This document shows, one piece after another, positions 1 to 8,810 of a stretch of 64,000 bases of DNA. Numbering within the stretch: the first letter of the stretch is position 1; every line of letters starts with the position of its first letter. The position numbers were made by a program, and so were the translations under genes. Source of the DNA: a virus (taxonomy: Duplodnaviria > Heunggongvirae > Uroviricota > Caudoviricetes); IMG/VR virus record IMGVR_UViG_3300042569_003232, positions 1 to 64,000 of that record; one strand, 5' to 3'. The notes beneath the pieces are model-generated. The model worked only from the letters and a program-made list of their open reading frames with translations, was not told the origin of the DNA and did not search any database.

Positions 1-607
1 TTTGGAATTACAGTAATCTTCCAAAAAGTTTTTTGGGAATAATTGTTGACGAGAAGCGACCCACTCAGCAGAGCAATTAATTGAGGATAGCAATAGTGCA
101 ATGAATAATATTTTCATAGTTGTATTTACCTGCACTATACCGCAACAACGTATTTTTTCAACAACTTTTTCCAAATTTCTAAATCTTCTATATTATTCAA
201 CACATAACGACTTTCTAACCAAGTTCTTTCCCAATCAGTTAGAAAAAAATTCGTTAATAAAAATGAGCTAATCGTTTCGTAATCCATAGGGTATTTTACT
301 ATACTTAATGCTTAAATAAAGCCTAATACCGTTACTTTTTCGTCACAAACTATTCCTCATCATCTTCTAGTTCTGATTCGATTAATAATAATTCATCTTC
401 TTCATCAGTAATTTCAAAGATTTCAATCATGCTTTAATTTTTACCCAACTAATCAATCGGCAGGCCAATCCGACAATAATTCCAAGAATTGCGGCAATTC
501 CAAGAATGTAAAAATAACCAAAAAATCCGTAAAGATTAAAAAAAATCATTTGAATTTTCAAATATAGTAGGAACAGTATTGTTGGTATAATCTGGAGCAT
601 AATTTTT

Positions 608-1147
608 TTAGCGGTTATTGATTAGAACCATTCGATTTTGATAACTGAGAAATCCCTTACATTTCGGGCAACGCATAGTTATTTTTTTCCCAATAATTTT
701 TTCATGATCATTTTTCATAATGTGATAAACTTTACAACCACATTTATATTCAAATCTCTTCAATTTGACTTTTCTAATAAGATCACTATTCTCATAATCA
801 TGACAACGAATTGGTTCGTAACCTAATTTTCTCATAGTAGTTTGCCAACCAATTCCATGTCCATTGTCTTTATAAACTTTATATGCAACAAGATGTGCAA
901 CTTCATGAGGAATAGTATCATCGAAAAAACTTTGTTTATTTCTGATAAACAACTCGGGATGAAAACTCATATGATTTATCTGAAGGTGTGCCAAACCTGC
1001 TACCCGTCCTCCTCCAATTTTTGTGTCCCATGAAGGACGTTTCCAATCTTTTAATGCTGGAAAAATTTTCTTTGCTTTTTCATAAACTTCATTGACTTTT
1101 TCTGTGATTTTTGCTTTATCCAAAGGATTAAGAAAAGTGGTAGCCAT
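608..1147 (-). CDS. SprT-like zinc metallopeptidase
   Basis: HEVAHL (HExxH) motif and C-terminal CxC...CPKC zinc ribbon in the 179-aa translation. Confidence 0.55.
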   Translation of the reverse strand: MATTFLNPLDKAKITEKVNEVYEKAKKIFPALKDWKRPSWDTKIGGGRVAGLAHLQINHMSFHPELFIRNKQSFFDDTIPHEVAHLVAYKVYKDNGHGIGWQTTMRKLGYEPIRCHDYENSDLIRKVKLKRFEYKCGCKVYHIMKNDHEKIIGKKITMRCPKCKGFLSYQNRMVLINNR

Positions 1148-1153
1148 AGTTTT

Positions 1154-1181
1154 ATATTAGCATAAAAAAAATCTCTGTCAA
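1154..1181 (-). promoter_or_regulatory. sigma70-like promoter (TTGACA-N16/17-TAATAT) ending about 6 nt before the ATG
   Basis: Read on the minus strand: TTGACA, about 16 nt, TAATAT, then aaaact-ATG of the SprT-like gene. Confidence 0.4.
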
Positions 1182-1307
1182 CGATTTTTCTCTGTCTTTC
1201 CGCCCATATTCACCAGATTTTTTTCTGCAATTTTATTACAGTTATTTTTGAGAATTATCGCAATTATGATAATTATTAAAATCAATAATTTAAATTTTTG
1301 TTATTCA

Positions 1308-1631
1308 TTAATTAAAATTTACATTTGTATTGGCATAATCTAATGTTAAAAGATTAGTGTCTTTTACTGTAAAATGGTTAACCTTTTTAAATTGAGGAAT
1401 TAAGGTCGATTTACCATGGAAGACAATTTCATCACAAGGAAAAGGAGGAGATGATGCTCTCAAATACAATACGCCATCTCTTATATCAACGGGTTCATGT
1501 ATTTCGAATTTTTTATCTGAATTAATATAAAGCAGACCTTTTATTTTTGTTACTCCTTTTCTAAGGAACCTTTCAAGAAAAGGTTCCTTTTTATCATTTA
1601 TATTATATTCAAACGTTAAAATTGTATTCAT
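1308..1631 (-). CDS. hypothetical protein
   Basis: 107-aa ORF directly downstream of 1635..1925; no recognisable motif. Confidence 0.4.
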   Translation of the reverse strand: MNTILTFEYNINDKKEPFLERFLRKGVTKIKGLLYINSDKKFEIHEPVDIRDGVLYLRASSPPFPCDEIVFHGKSTLIPQFKKVNHFTVKDTNLLTLDYANTNVNFN

Positions 1632-1634
1632 TAA

Positions 1635-1925
1635 TTAATATTCTTCTACTGAAAGTATTCTTGCAAAAGGAGTCAAATATTCCCACACACTTTCGTCTGG
1701 ATGAGGAACACCATTCCAATAATTATTTGCTGCATTAGTAACTTCAGGACTTTCTATATCAAAACCATCTGACACTAGCATTGAAATTTCACCACTCCAA
1801 TTCATATCATGTTTTTCAACTTTTCCCAAAGGTTCTACAACAAATATATAATCTGTTCCACCCCCAGCAAGATCAACATCTTCGTCATCATGGCACATAA
1901 AAACACTATCTTTATGGGATAGCAT
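1635..1925 (-). CDS. hypothetical acidic protein
   Basis: 96-aa ORF. A 54-aa ORF (about 1940..2104) lies just upstream in another frame. Confidence 0.4.
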   Translation of the reverse strand: MLSHKDSVFMCHDDEDVDLAGGGTDYIFVVEPLGKVEKHDMNWSGEISMLVSDGFDIESPEVTNAANNYWNGVPHPDESVWEYLTPFARILSVEEY

Positions 1926-2135
1926 TTCTGCTGGACGATATTTTTCTAAAATTGCATAAAAATCAGTGTTTGACCAATTTTTTCATAATCCGGATTAGGT
2001 CTTAGAATTGTTCCCACTGGAAGTTCAATCATGCTTCCATGAAAAAACTTTTTTGTTGGAGAATTATTTTCACTCACTAATTGGTATAAATCATCGAATT
2101 TCATAATTATATTTATTCTGAATTAAATTTAACGT

Positions 2136-2339
2136 TTATTCAGGATTTTGCGCTAACGGAAATTTGTCATCGTTGACAATTACCATTTGAAATTTTCTAC
2201 TGTCCGTTGTTCCTTCTACTAGAAATTTAGGAGAATACAAATCATTTTTATAGCCAGCCGCAAAAGTGAGACAATCTATGTCTCCCCCATATTCTTCTTT
2301 TATCTTTTGTAAATTTTCTAGTACCGCATCAAGTTTCAT
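2136..2339 (-). CDS. hypothetical protein
   Basis: 67-aa ORF with an ATG start, immediately downstream of the tRNA pair. Confidence 0.4.
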   Translation of the reverse strand: MKLDAVLENLQKIKEEYGGDIDCLTFAAGYKNDLYSPKFLVEGTTDSRKFQMVIVNDDKFPLAQNPE

Positions 2340-2352
2340 AGTACGTTTTGTG

Positions 2353-2427
2353 TGGTGTCCCCGTCAGAAATCGAATCTGAATCAGCAATTTAGAAGATTG
2401 CGGCTCTATCCATTGAGCTACAGGGAC
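2353..2427 (-). tRNA. tRNA-Arg (anticodon UCU)
   Basis: Reverse complement folds as a cloverleaf: acceptor GTCCCTG/CGGGGAC, D arm GCTC-AATGGATA-GAGC, anticodon loop CTTCTAA, T arm TCAGA-TTCGATT-TCTGA, encoded CCA. Confidence 0.85.
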
Positions 2428-2448
2428 GTATTTTATTTTTGGGGAAAT

Positions 2449-2524
2449 TGGTGTGCCAAGCAGGACTTGAACCTGCGACTTTTCGATTATCGGTCGAATG
2501 CTCTAACCACTGAGCTACTGGCAC
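2449..2524 (-). tRNA. tRNA-Ile (anticodon GAU)
   Basis: Reverse complement: GTGCCAG acceptor, GCTC-AGTGGTTA-GAGC D arm, anticodon loop CCGATAA, T arm GCAGG-TTCAAGT-CCTGC, encoded CCA. Confidence 0.8.
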
Positions 2525-2556
2525 GTTTCAGGTATTTACAATAATACCTATAAAAA

Positions 2557-2874
2557 TTAAAGTTTTCTTTTCAACTTGAAGAACAAATCGAACTTTGTTT
2601 GAACTGAATAGGTGTTTTTTACATTATCGACTCTAATGGAGTCCGGATTCCCATTAGAATCTGCAATTACATTGTATGAGGTGCTTGTGCATTTCTGGCA
2701 TAAACATCCATCTTGATCAATAAAAAACTGATCAAGATGAACATCTCCGAATCCCATTGGTTCTATTACTGATGTTAGGTCAATTTCCATAATTTTATTT
2801 TTAATTAATAAGTGCCCATTCGTCTGCCAGATAATACATTTTTGTCGAAAAATCACTAACATACATTTTTCCAT
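2557..2874 (-). CDS. hypothetical protein (Cys-containing)
   Basis: 105-aa ORF. An internal Met at about 2790 would remove the 74-nt overlap with 2801..3004. Confidence 0.4.
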   Translation of the reverse strand: MEKCMLVIFRQKCIIWQTNGHLLIKNKIMEIDLTSVIEPMGFGDVHLDQFFIDQDGCLCQKCTSTSYNVIADSNGNPDSIRVDNVKNTYSVQTKFDLFFKLKRKL

Positions 2875-3004
2875 CTCTGAAAATCATATGTTCAACTAAT
2901 TCTTTGGTTTTGCCCTTTTCTTCAAAAAATTTTCTTGTCCAAACAACTGTATTTTCTGGAGGAAAAATATCAGATAGTTTCTTCCAGTCTTTAGTGTCGT
3001 TCAT
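2801..3004 (-). CDS. hypothetical protein
   Basis: 67-aa ORF with a non-repetitive sequence. Confidence 0.4.
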   Translation of the reverse strand: MNDTKDWKKLSDIFPPENTVVWTRKFFEEKGKTKELVEHMIFRDGKMYVSDFSTKMYYLADEWALIN

Positions 3005-3043
3005 ATTCTCTATTATACGCCTTTTTCCGGTGCTGTCAAGACT

Positions 3044-3895
3044 TTACTCAACATTTATCCCGATAATTTTCGTTGATAAAATGTTATTTTCAACTCCTTG
3101 AGCAATTACTCCATTTGCATAAAATGGTTTATCTAAATTCCAATTCTTTTCACGAACTGCAACCAGCATATTTTTTGTTCGATATGTTGTTGAACGAAGA
3201 ATTGGGCGAGAATGTTTTGACAACCAATCCTGTCGAGTAACCAAGTATTGTTCAACCCATTTTTTCTCATCACCTCCGCTAACTGGAGGGAGTTCCGAAA
3301 ATCTTTTTCTTAAAAAAATTGGAACACTTCCAGAATGAATATATGAATCATAAATTACTAATGCACTAAGCGGAAGAGTAAAACCGTTTTTCTTAAAAAA
3401 ATCTATTGCAGGATTCCAATATTGTTCATCAAAAAATTCATCCTGTGCTTCCTTCATAATTGAATCACTTCCTGCACTCTTTAGTTTATTAATGAATGCA
3501 ACGTCATTTACCAACGATGTTGTTCCAATTTTTGAAAGATAAGGCCGAAAGAATGTTGAGTATTGACCATTTTTTTCAACATATTTAAGAATTAATTTTC
3601 TTAAATTTCCCCATTCTGTTGTTTGGCTTTTGCCGTAAGTTATTTGACGAATATCTTTTGGTCCATCCGAAAAAATAGAAACTTTGCTGTAATCTCCTTT
3701 TAAACTTCCAGTTTCAAAAACATTTAAAATGCTTTGAATTTTACCCTTTTTAGAAAGAACTAGATTTTTTTCTACAACTTTTGAGGGTTCTGGTGTAACA
3801 GGTTTAGATGATTCGTTTGTAGTCGGAGTTTCAATTTTCTTTGAAGAAAATGAATTCAGAATATTACTTAAAAAATTTAAAAAATTAGTAAACAT
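3044..3895 (-). CDS. glycoside hydrolase family 46 (chitosanase-like) protein
   Basis: Blocks VFETGS..DYSKV, SDGPKDIRQITYGKSQTTEWGN, AQDEFFDEQYWNPA, LVIYDSYIHSGS and DEKKWVEQYLVTRQDWL align with Bacillus Csn (IFENGTTEIQYGY, DDGRGYTCG, AQDKVNDHLYYQPA, AVMYDTVIQHGDG, DEKKWLNKFLDVRYDDL). A 50-aa Thr/Pro/Ser-rich N-terminal linker precedes them. Confidence 0.75.
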   Translation of the reverse strand: MFTNFLNFLSNILNSFSSKKIETPTTNESSKPVTPEPSKVVEKNLVLSKKGKIQSILNVFETGSLKGDYSKVSIFSDGPKDIRQITYGKSQTTEWGNLRKLILKYVEKNGQYSTFFRPYLSKIGTTSLVNDVAFINKLKSAGSDSIMKEAQDEFFDEQYWNPAIDFFKKNGFTLPLSALVIYDSYIHSGSVPIFLRKRFSELPPVSGGDEKKWVEQYLVTRQDWLSKHSRPILRSTTYRTKNMLVAVREKNWNLDKPFYANGVIAQGVENNILSTKIIGINVE

Positions 3896-3925
3896 AATTA
3901 TTACTACTTAGTTGGTATTATTTTG

Positions 3926-4156
3926 TTATCTTGCATCAAGATCAATTATATGATGAAAATAGTCCAATGAAAGCATTTGATTTAAAAATACTGTGCGTGG
4001 GTTGAATTGATCATGTTGGAACTGGTACGAATTAACATCATTGTAATTTTGCATGCCAAATCTTTTAATATCTGATGTATGACTCGTTCTAAATATACAA
4101 ACTATACAAACTTTATCATAAACAGAACGGTACACTGTAAATGTTAAATTTTTCAT
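3926..4156 (-). CDS. small protein, tag-only member of the HLLTLDY-tag family
   Basis: C-terminus QMLSLDYFHH; first of a tandem array of 9. Confidence 0.5.
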   Translation of the reverse strand: MKNLTFTVYRSVYDKVCIVCIFRTSHTSDIKRFGMQNYNDVNSYQFQHDQFNPRTVFLNQMLSLDYFHHIIDLDAR

Positions 4157-4161
4157 AAAAA

Positions 4162-4401
4162 TTAAAAAACTTGAATTGGTTTCCCGACAAAATCCAATGA
4201 CAATAAATTTTTAAATTGTAAAAATTCATCATCGCATATCCTTACATTATTTTCTATAAAAAAATTGTTTATTATTAGACTATGGTGTATATTTTTACGA
4301 TCTATACTGTATGCAAAAGGATCTATACAACTATATAAGATTGCGCTCACTGTTGAGCGATCAGTCAACATATTAAATGAGATATTGCAATAAAATTTCA
4401 T
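4162..4401 (-). CDS. small protein, tag-only member of the HLLTLDY-tag family
   Basis: C-terminus FKNLLSLDFVGKPIQVF. Confidence 0.5.
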   Translation of the reverse strand: MKFYCNISFNMLTDRSTVSAILYSCIDPFAYSIDRKNIHHSLIINNFFIENNVRICDDEFLQFKNLLSLDFVGKPIQVF

Positions 4402-4628
4402 ACTAGTTTATATTTTTTAGAAAAATAATCAACGGTTAATAAATTCTTATAAATTAAAACATCTTCAGATAGTTTATCAGAAATTATTGTATGATTAACA
4501 TATGTTATTTCATTTTTCCATACTGGTCTATATGATCTTGAAACATGCAACTGCTCTTTTGCAGTACCTTCATTAATTTTCGTAAAGAATAATTTATAAA
4601 TCGAACTTTGCATAAGGAAAATAATCAA
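4398..4628 (-). CDS. small protein, tag-only member of the HLLTLDY-tag family
   Basis: C-terminus YKNLLTVDYFSKKYKLV. The listed start is a TTG inside the previous gene's tag codons; the likely true start is the internal ATG (MQSS) near 4613. Confidence 0.5.
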   Translation of the reverse strand: MIIFLMQSSIYKLFFTKINEGTAKEQLHVSRSYRPVWKNEITYVNHTIISDKLSEDVLIYKNLLTVDYFSKKYKLV

Positions 4629-4854
4629 TGGTTAATAAGTTTGAATACTCTACACGATGAACACTAAATTTAGAACATTCACCATTAAACCAAGTTTCTC
4701 TGCTACAAATACTATCTAATTTACAGAATCCAAAACAACATAATATTATATCCACTCTTTTAAAAGAAATAAAATATCTAATATTTAACCAATTATAGAG
4801 TCTGAGTTTCTTTGAATTCATGTTAGAAAATTCTGGCTTTACAAAAATAATCAA
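4594..4854 (-). CDS. small protein, tag-only member of the HLLTLDY-tag family
   Basis: C-terminus YSNLLTIDYFPYAKFDL; likely start at the internal ATG (MNSKK) near 4821. Confidence 0.5.
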   Translation of the reverse strand: MIIFVKPEFSNMNSKKLRLYNWLNIRYFISFKRVDIILCCFGFCKLDSICSRETWFNGECSKFSVHRVEYSNLLTIDYFPYAKFDL

Positions 4855-5035
4855 GAGTTAATAAATTTCGGTATCTTGGCATTAGAATTTTCTCTGGATT
4901 TTTATCGCTTATAAAGGTGTCTTTTATATATTCCGCAACCATACCAATATAATAGTCTTCTCTATTATATCTATGAAAAGCCATCCTTGTTCCACTGTCA
5001 TCGTAATGAACATATAAATCGTATAAAAATATCAT
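4823..5035 (-). CDS. small protein, tag-only member of the HLLTLDY-tag family
   Basis: C-terminus YRNLLTLDYFCKARIF; ATG start. Confidence 0.5.
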   Translation of the reverse strand: MIFLYDLYVHYDDSGTRMAFHRYNREDYYIGMVAEYIKDTFISDKNPEKILMPRYRNLLTLDYFCKARIF

Positions 5036-5086
5036 ATCTCTACACTGAATATATGAGCATTACAGAAAAAATCAAGAGTTAATAAA

Positions 5087-5293
5087 TTATGAAATATAAT
5101 CTAATGTGATTAGATTTGCAAACCTATATACTTGAGTTTGTCCCACTTCTGGGAAATTTAATATAACACTATTGTTTATTCTAGTAAGCGAAAAAACATG
5201 TATATTTTCCACATTATAATTCCGATGAACACCATATACTGACGTAAATAATGGATAAATAGCTACATTATACACATTATTAGATTTCGACAT
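5087..5293 (-). CDS. small protein, tag-only member of the HLLTLDY-tag family
   Basis: C-terminus RFANLITLDYIS; ATG start. Confidence 0.5.
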   Translation of the reverse strand: MSKSNNVYNVAIYPLFTSVYGVHRNYNVENIHVFSLTRINNSVILNFPEVGQTQVYRFANLITLDYIS

Positions 5294-5552
5294 ATAAAAT
5301 ATAATCTGATGTAATTAAATTACTAAACATAACAAGTTGTCTTTCTTTAACATCTGGTAGATTTAATACCGAGCAAACATCTGTATTTTTTAGTAAACAT
5401 GTTAATTCTTTGTCTGGATCTATATTATTGTATGTAAATAATATATCATCCGATATAAAAAAATCGTTAAACGTTTTCGGCATAAGGTAGATAATCCAAA
5501 GAAAGAGTATTACAAAAATAACTACTATCAAATTTTCCCATATTTTTTCCAC
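5280..5552 (-). CDS. small protein, tag-only member of the HLLTLDY-tag family
   Basis: C-terminus MFSNLITSDYILYVEI. The listed start is GTG; an internal ATG (MPKTF) near 5483 would avoid the 86-nt overlap. Confidence 0.45.
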   Translation of the reverse strand: MEKIWENLIVVIFVILFLWIIYLMPKTFNDFFISDDILFTYNNIDPDKELTCLLKNTDVCSVLNLPDVKERQLVMFSNLITSDYILYVEI

Positions 5553-5721
5553 AATTTACAAAACAATATTTCTTGTCATTAGATTTCGTATAAAAATCAG
5601 GATCACTGAATGCACAAGTCAACGAATAGCTATCTCTACCCAAATAAAGCATAGGTTTTCCGAATACAATATTAAAATAAAGTGTAAAAGTTTTATTCAT
5701 ATGTCTGAATCTTTTATACAT
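5467..5721 (-). CDS. small protein, tag-only member of the HLLTLDY-tag family
   Basis: C-terminus FCNTLSLDYLPYAENV; Cys-rich. Confidence 0.5.
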   Translation of the reverse strand: MYKRFRHMNKTFTLYFNIVFGKPMLYLGRDSYSLTCAFSDPDFYTKSNDKKYCFVNCGKNMGKFDSSYFCNTLSLDYLPYAENV

Positions 5722-5897
5722 GAAATATAATCTAGTGAAATCAAATGTCTAAAACTTTCCGAAGAACTGTTTGTAACTTCTAAACAACTAGTTTCTTGAT
5801 AATATCCCGTCATCCGAAATACATATAAAGTAGATTCATTATTAGATAATGTACGAGCTTTACCATAAGTCTTAAAAAAAAGAATTTTATTCATCAT
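5697..5897 (-). CDS. small protein, tag-only member of the HLLTLDY-tag family
   Basis: C-terminus FRHLISLDYISCIKDSDI; ATG-ATG start. Confidence 0.5.
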   Translation of the reverse strand: MMNKILFFKTYGKARTLSNNESTLYVFRMTGYYQETSCLEVTNSSSESFRHLISLDYISCIKDSDI

Positions 5898-6078
5898 TAA
5901 TATTCATCTTATCATCTTTCCGACGAAGCCGAATCTTTGCAAGTTTTCTGGAAAATTTCTTAAAAATATTAAGATTAGAAATATCGCGGCAGCAATAGCA
6001 ACCGTATTTTCCACGTTTGTTTTTGCTGCCGTTTTTACAAAGTTTTTTCTGTTCTTGTCGAAAAATATCCATAATCAA
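5887..6078 (-). CDS. hypothetical basic Cys-containing small protein
   Basis: 63 aa, Lys/Arg-rich with CYCC. Confidence 0.3.
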   Translation of the reverse strand: MIMDIFRQEQKKLCKNGSKNKRGKYGCYCCRDISNLNIFKKFSRKLAKIRLRRKDDKMNINDE

Positions 6079-6476
6079 TTAAAGTCAATAACTGTCTCAA
6101 ACCTATTTTGCATTTTATTCAAAGTATGTTGAGGAACATTATGGATGTTACCATAGTTTTCTGTCAAAGTCAAGATTTCAAAAGGAATTTTGAGATTATT
6201 AGCAATAGTAATATATGGCTCAATTTCCTTTTTTGTTGTAAACGTGTTGCTGACAACAACTGTATACCCTGCGCTCAGTGCAAAAAAGGTGGCAGTCTGG
6301 CACCACTTGTGAGCATCCGGGACATGAGAAGGGACAAAAACATACTCACCATCCCGCTCAAAATACATATCTGCCTCATAATGTTTATATGTAGGATTTT
6401 CAGCAAGAATCTGTTTCGCTTTAGTGGTTTTTCCACTACCGGGCAGACCACGAATAATAATAAGTTTGTTGTTCAT
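6075..6476 (-). CDS. P-loop kinase, polynucleotide 5'-kinase-like (kinase domain only)
   Basis: KLIIIRGLPGSGKTT Walker A and a VVVSNTF block resemble the T4 Pnk kinase domain (KIILTIGCPGSGKST...VIISDTN). No HAD phosphatase domain is attached. Confidence 0.5.
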   Translation of the reverse strand: MNNKLIIIRGLPGSGKTTKAKQILAENPTYKHYEADMYFERDGEYVFVPSHVPDAHKWCQTATFFALSAGYTVVVSNTFTTKKEIEPYITIANNLKIPFEILTLTENYGNIHNVPQHTLNKMQNRFETVIDFN

Positions 6477-6487
6477 AGTTTATTAGA

Positions 6488-6763
6488 TTATAAATTAATT
6501 TCGTACCAAAAAAATGAATGACCTGCATCAAATCTGTAGAAAATTTTCGGTTCATCCCCTTTTGATCTACTAACAATCATTTCATCATTTTCTTTTTCTA
6601 AATTACTAATTAATTTATTCATTGAATCCCTGATGTCTTTGTCAGCTTCCAAAGATTCATCTAATCTATCTTTGAGAAAAAGTTTCAAATAATAGTTACG
6701 ATGAATCTTGTCTTCCAAGATTCTAATTTGTTCTTTTGATGGATTATGGTAAATGGTGTTCAT
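6488..6763 (-). CDS. hypothetical protein
   Basis: 91-aa ORF. Confidence 0.4.
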   Translation of the reverse strand: MNTIYHNPSKEQIRILEDKIHRNYYLKLFLKDRLDESLEADKDIRDSMNKLISNLEKENDEMIVSRSKGDEPKIFYRFDAGHSFFWYEINL

Positions 6764-6764
6764 A

Positions 6765-7076
6765 TTATTCCCAACTAATTTCTAAAACCAACCTTTTTGC
6801 TTTTCGAGAAACATTAATATTGATTTGAAAACCAAGAGTAATAAATTCTTTTTTAATAGCTTTAATACTCTTCATCTTGTTTTTATCAAGTTTGAAAAAT
6901 ACTTCGGTGTATTTGTATTCACCGATTGTTGCTGCATTCAATACTTTGGAAAGCAAATAACCAAATCCTTGAAAAATTTCAAGAGATTCAGTTTCTCCAG
7001 TGTTCTTGCAATGATTTATGAAAAAAGCTAAACTTTTAACTTTACTTGCAGAAAAATCTTTTGAATCAAAATTCAT
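6765..7076 (-). CDS. hypothetical protein
   Basis: 103-aa ORF. Confidence 0.4.
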   Translation of the reverse strand: MNFDSKDFSASKVKSLAFFINHCKNTGETESLEIFQGFGYLLSKVLNAATIGEYKYTEVFFKLDKNKMKSIKAIKKEFITLGFQININVSRKAKRLVLEISWE

Positions 7077-7083
7077 AATTTTA

Positions 7084-7326
7084 TTACCAAGAAATTATCC
7101 AACTGCTGTCTTCACCACGACGAGTAGAGCCAAAATATTCCAATTTATATCCTTTTTCTTCTAAAAGTTTTTTGATTACAGGTTCTACATGAGAAACACT
7201 GAGGCAGTATTGACCTCTTGCGATTGCACTATTTATTTGTTCAGACATTTCTACACTTAGTTTTTTAGCTTTTTCATAATTACCCTCGTCAATTTTTTTT
7301 TCGTGCTTCTTTTGCATCTGGAACAT
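7084..7326 (-). CDS. hypothetical protein
   Basis: 80-aa ORF. Confidence 0.4.
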   Translation of the reverse strand: MFQMQKKHEKKIDEGNYEKAKKLSVEMSEQINSAIARGQYCLSVSHVEPVIKKLLEEKGYKLEYFGSTRRGEDSSWIISW

Positions 7327-7341
7327 TCATAATAAGTGGAG

Positions 7342-7764
7342 TCATAGTGCTTTTAGTTGATTTTCAAGTTTTTCCAATTCCAATTTTGTGTTTCGAATTT
7401 TTTCTTCTAATCTCTTTTTGTCCTCGACGACTGCATATTGTTCAAAAATTTTTATTTGTTTGTCATAATACTCAAAATCAATTGAATATTGAATTAATTG
7501 TTCTTCATAGCGTTCGTTTTCCTCTTCCTCAATTACATCAAAAAAGACATCCATTTTATAATCAACATCCATTTCATAACTCATTTCAGTTATTTTTACT
7601 TTTTGTTGTAATTCTTCATCAGAAATATTCAAACGATTTTTTATACCATTTGCTATTTCTTCTAAAGTTACTCCTTCCCTACTAAGGGTCGAAATTTGTA
7701 TTCCCTGACTAATTCGCCGCACAATAGTTTTCTGCGGCATTTTTGGCAATCTCGGTAAAATCAT
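7342..7764 (-). CDS. hypothetical coiled-coil protein
   Basis: 140 aa with a Glu/Lys-rich heptad-like C-terminus. Confidence 0.4.
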   Translation of the reverse strand: MILPRLPKMPQKTIVRRISQGIQISTLSREGVTLEEIANGIKNRLNISDEELQQKVKITEMSYEMDVDYKMDVFFDVIEEEENERYEEQLIQYSIDFEYYDKQIKIFEQYAVVEDKKRLEEKIRNTKLELEKLENQLKAL

Positions 7765-7770
7765 TTTTAA

Positions 7771-8022
7771 TTAATAATTACGAAGGCTACGATAAAATCT
7801 TCGTTCATTTTCTGTCAAACTTTTCCATTCTTCAAAAGTGAGATTGTTAGGATTTCCTGTCATTTTTACCCATGCAGCATATTCGTTTGGCAATTCAGTT
7901 TTTTGATAATTAACTTCAGAAAAAACGAATATACTAAGAGTTGCCATGATCATAATTACTACAAACACTTCAGTTACAGTGTATGCAGAATTTTTCCTAC
8001 TTTTAGATTTTGGAATTTTCAT
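7771..8022 (-). CDS. hypothetical membrane protein
   Basis: 83 aa with a single hydrophobic segment (VFVVIMIMATLSIFVF). Confidence 0.4.
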   Translation of the reverse strand: MKIPKSKSRKNSAYTVTEVFVVIMIMATLSIFVFSEVNYQKTELPNEYAAWVKMTGNPNNLTFEEWKSLTENERRFYRSLRNY

Positions 8023-8153
8023 ATTACATTAGATATTTTGCACCAACCAAAACACCAACAATGATTAGCACACAAACAATGAATGCGCAACAACCTTTTT
8101 TCGGAGGTTCTGGAGTTTCGATTTCGAGATCGTATGGATGAATTGGCATAAAT

Positions 8154-8492
8154 TTATTTCTGTTCTTTGATGTAAAATTCTGATCCTTTTCTAAAGAAAT
8201 TTGCATTATCAATTAATGCTTGACCCAATTTGAGTCGAAGAGAAAAACTAGGTAAAATACGATTTCTTTTATCTTTATTATATTTGTAACCAAAACCGTA
8301 TGGAAAATTAGATACCCAGATTTCTCCAAATTCAGTGGTTATAGTGAATGCGCTTGCATCTACATGGCACACACATATATCAGAAATTACATCTTCTGAT
8401 TTTTCAGAATACAATTTGAAAATCAATTCCTCAATTTTGCTGTCCCAATATTTTGATTTTTTATCAAAAAGTGAAAGAATATAATCGAACAT
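8154..8492 (-). CDS. hypothetical protein
   Basis: 112-aa ORF. Confidence 0.4.
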   Translation of the reverse strand: MFDYILSLFDKKSKYWDSKIEELIFKLYSEKSEDVISDICVCHVDASAFTITTEFGEIWVSNFPYGFGYKYNKDKRNRILPSFSLRLKLGQALIDNANFFRKGSEFYIKEQK

Positions 8493-8504
8493 AAGTTTAT
8501 TATT

Positions 8505-8786
8505 TTAAGTGTGTTCTACAAAACCGTTTTTAGAAATATAACCATTCCGGACTGTGGTTCCGTGTCTATTAATATGGGGAACTTTAGTTGGTTTATTACC
8601 ACCAACAGTAGCGGATTTTTTCATTTTCTTTTTTTCTGTTGAATCCGCAGGACGAATAACGTGAAATCCTTTTACAGTATGTTCTCTTGCTTTTACATAA
8701 TTCTCGCATTTTTTCAACGAATCAGTCATAAGACGTTGATTAGTTTTACTTTTTTTCGTTCCAAAGTAAACTGAAAAGAGTTGCAT
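8505..8786 (-). CDS. hypothetical basic protein
   Basis: 93 aa, Lys-rich. Confidence 0.4.
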   Translation of the reverse strand: MQLFSVYFGTKKSKTNQRLMTDSLKKCENYVKAREHTVKGFHVIRPADSTEKKKMKKSATVGGNKPTKVPHINRHGTTVRNGYISKNGFVEHT

Positions 8787-8810
8787 AATTTCAAAAATTA
8801 TATTGGAAAT

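Noticed and set aside
638-1033. Plus-strand ORFs 638..826 and 842..1033
   Set aside because: Both are embedded antisense in the SprT-like gene and have low-complexity, Phe/Ile/Asn-rich translations typical of AT-rich antisense frames.
1940-2104. 54-aa ORF upstream of 1635..1925 in a different frame (possible frameshift or pseudogene)
   Set aside because: There is no evidence that the two ORFs belong to one protein family and no slippery sequence was recognised, so they are treated as two small genes or as noise.
2266-2544. Plus-strand 92-aa ORF
   Set aside because: It lies antisense across the two tRNA genes (Arg and Ile), and its translation is essentially the reverse-read tRNA sequence, so it is judged spurious.
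4398-5552. Heavily overlapping starts ('MIIF...') in the tag-only array
   Set aside because: These N-termini begin at TTG/GTG codons that fall inside the previous gene's conserved tag codons (ttgattatttt). They are artefacts of ORF extension, and internal ATGs are the likely true starts.
6163-6168. Minus-strand TTGACA motif
   Set aside because: It is internal to the kinase-like gene with no -10 partner. A similar internal motif at 7813 was also dismissed.
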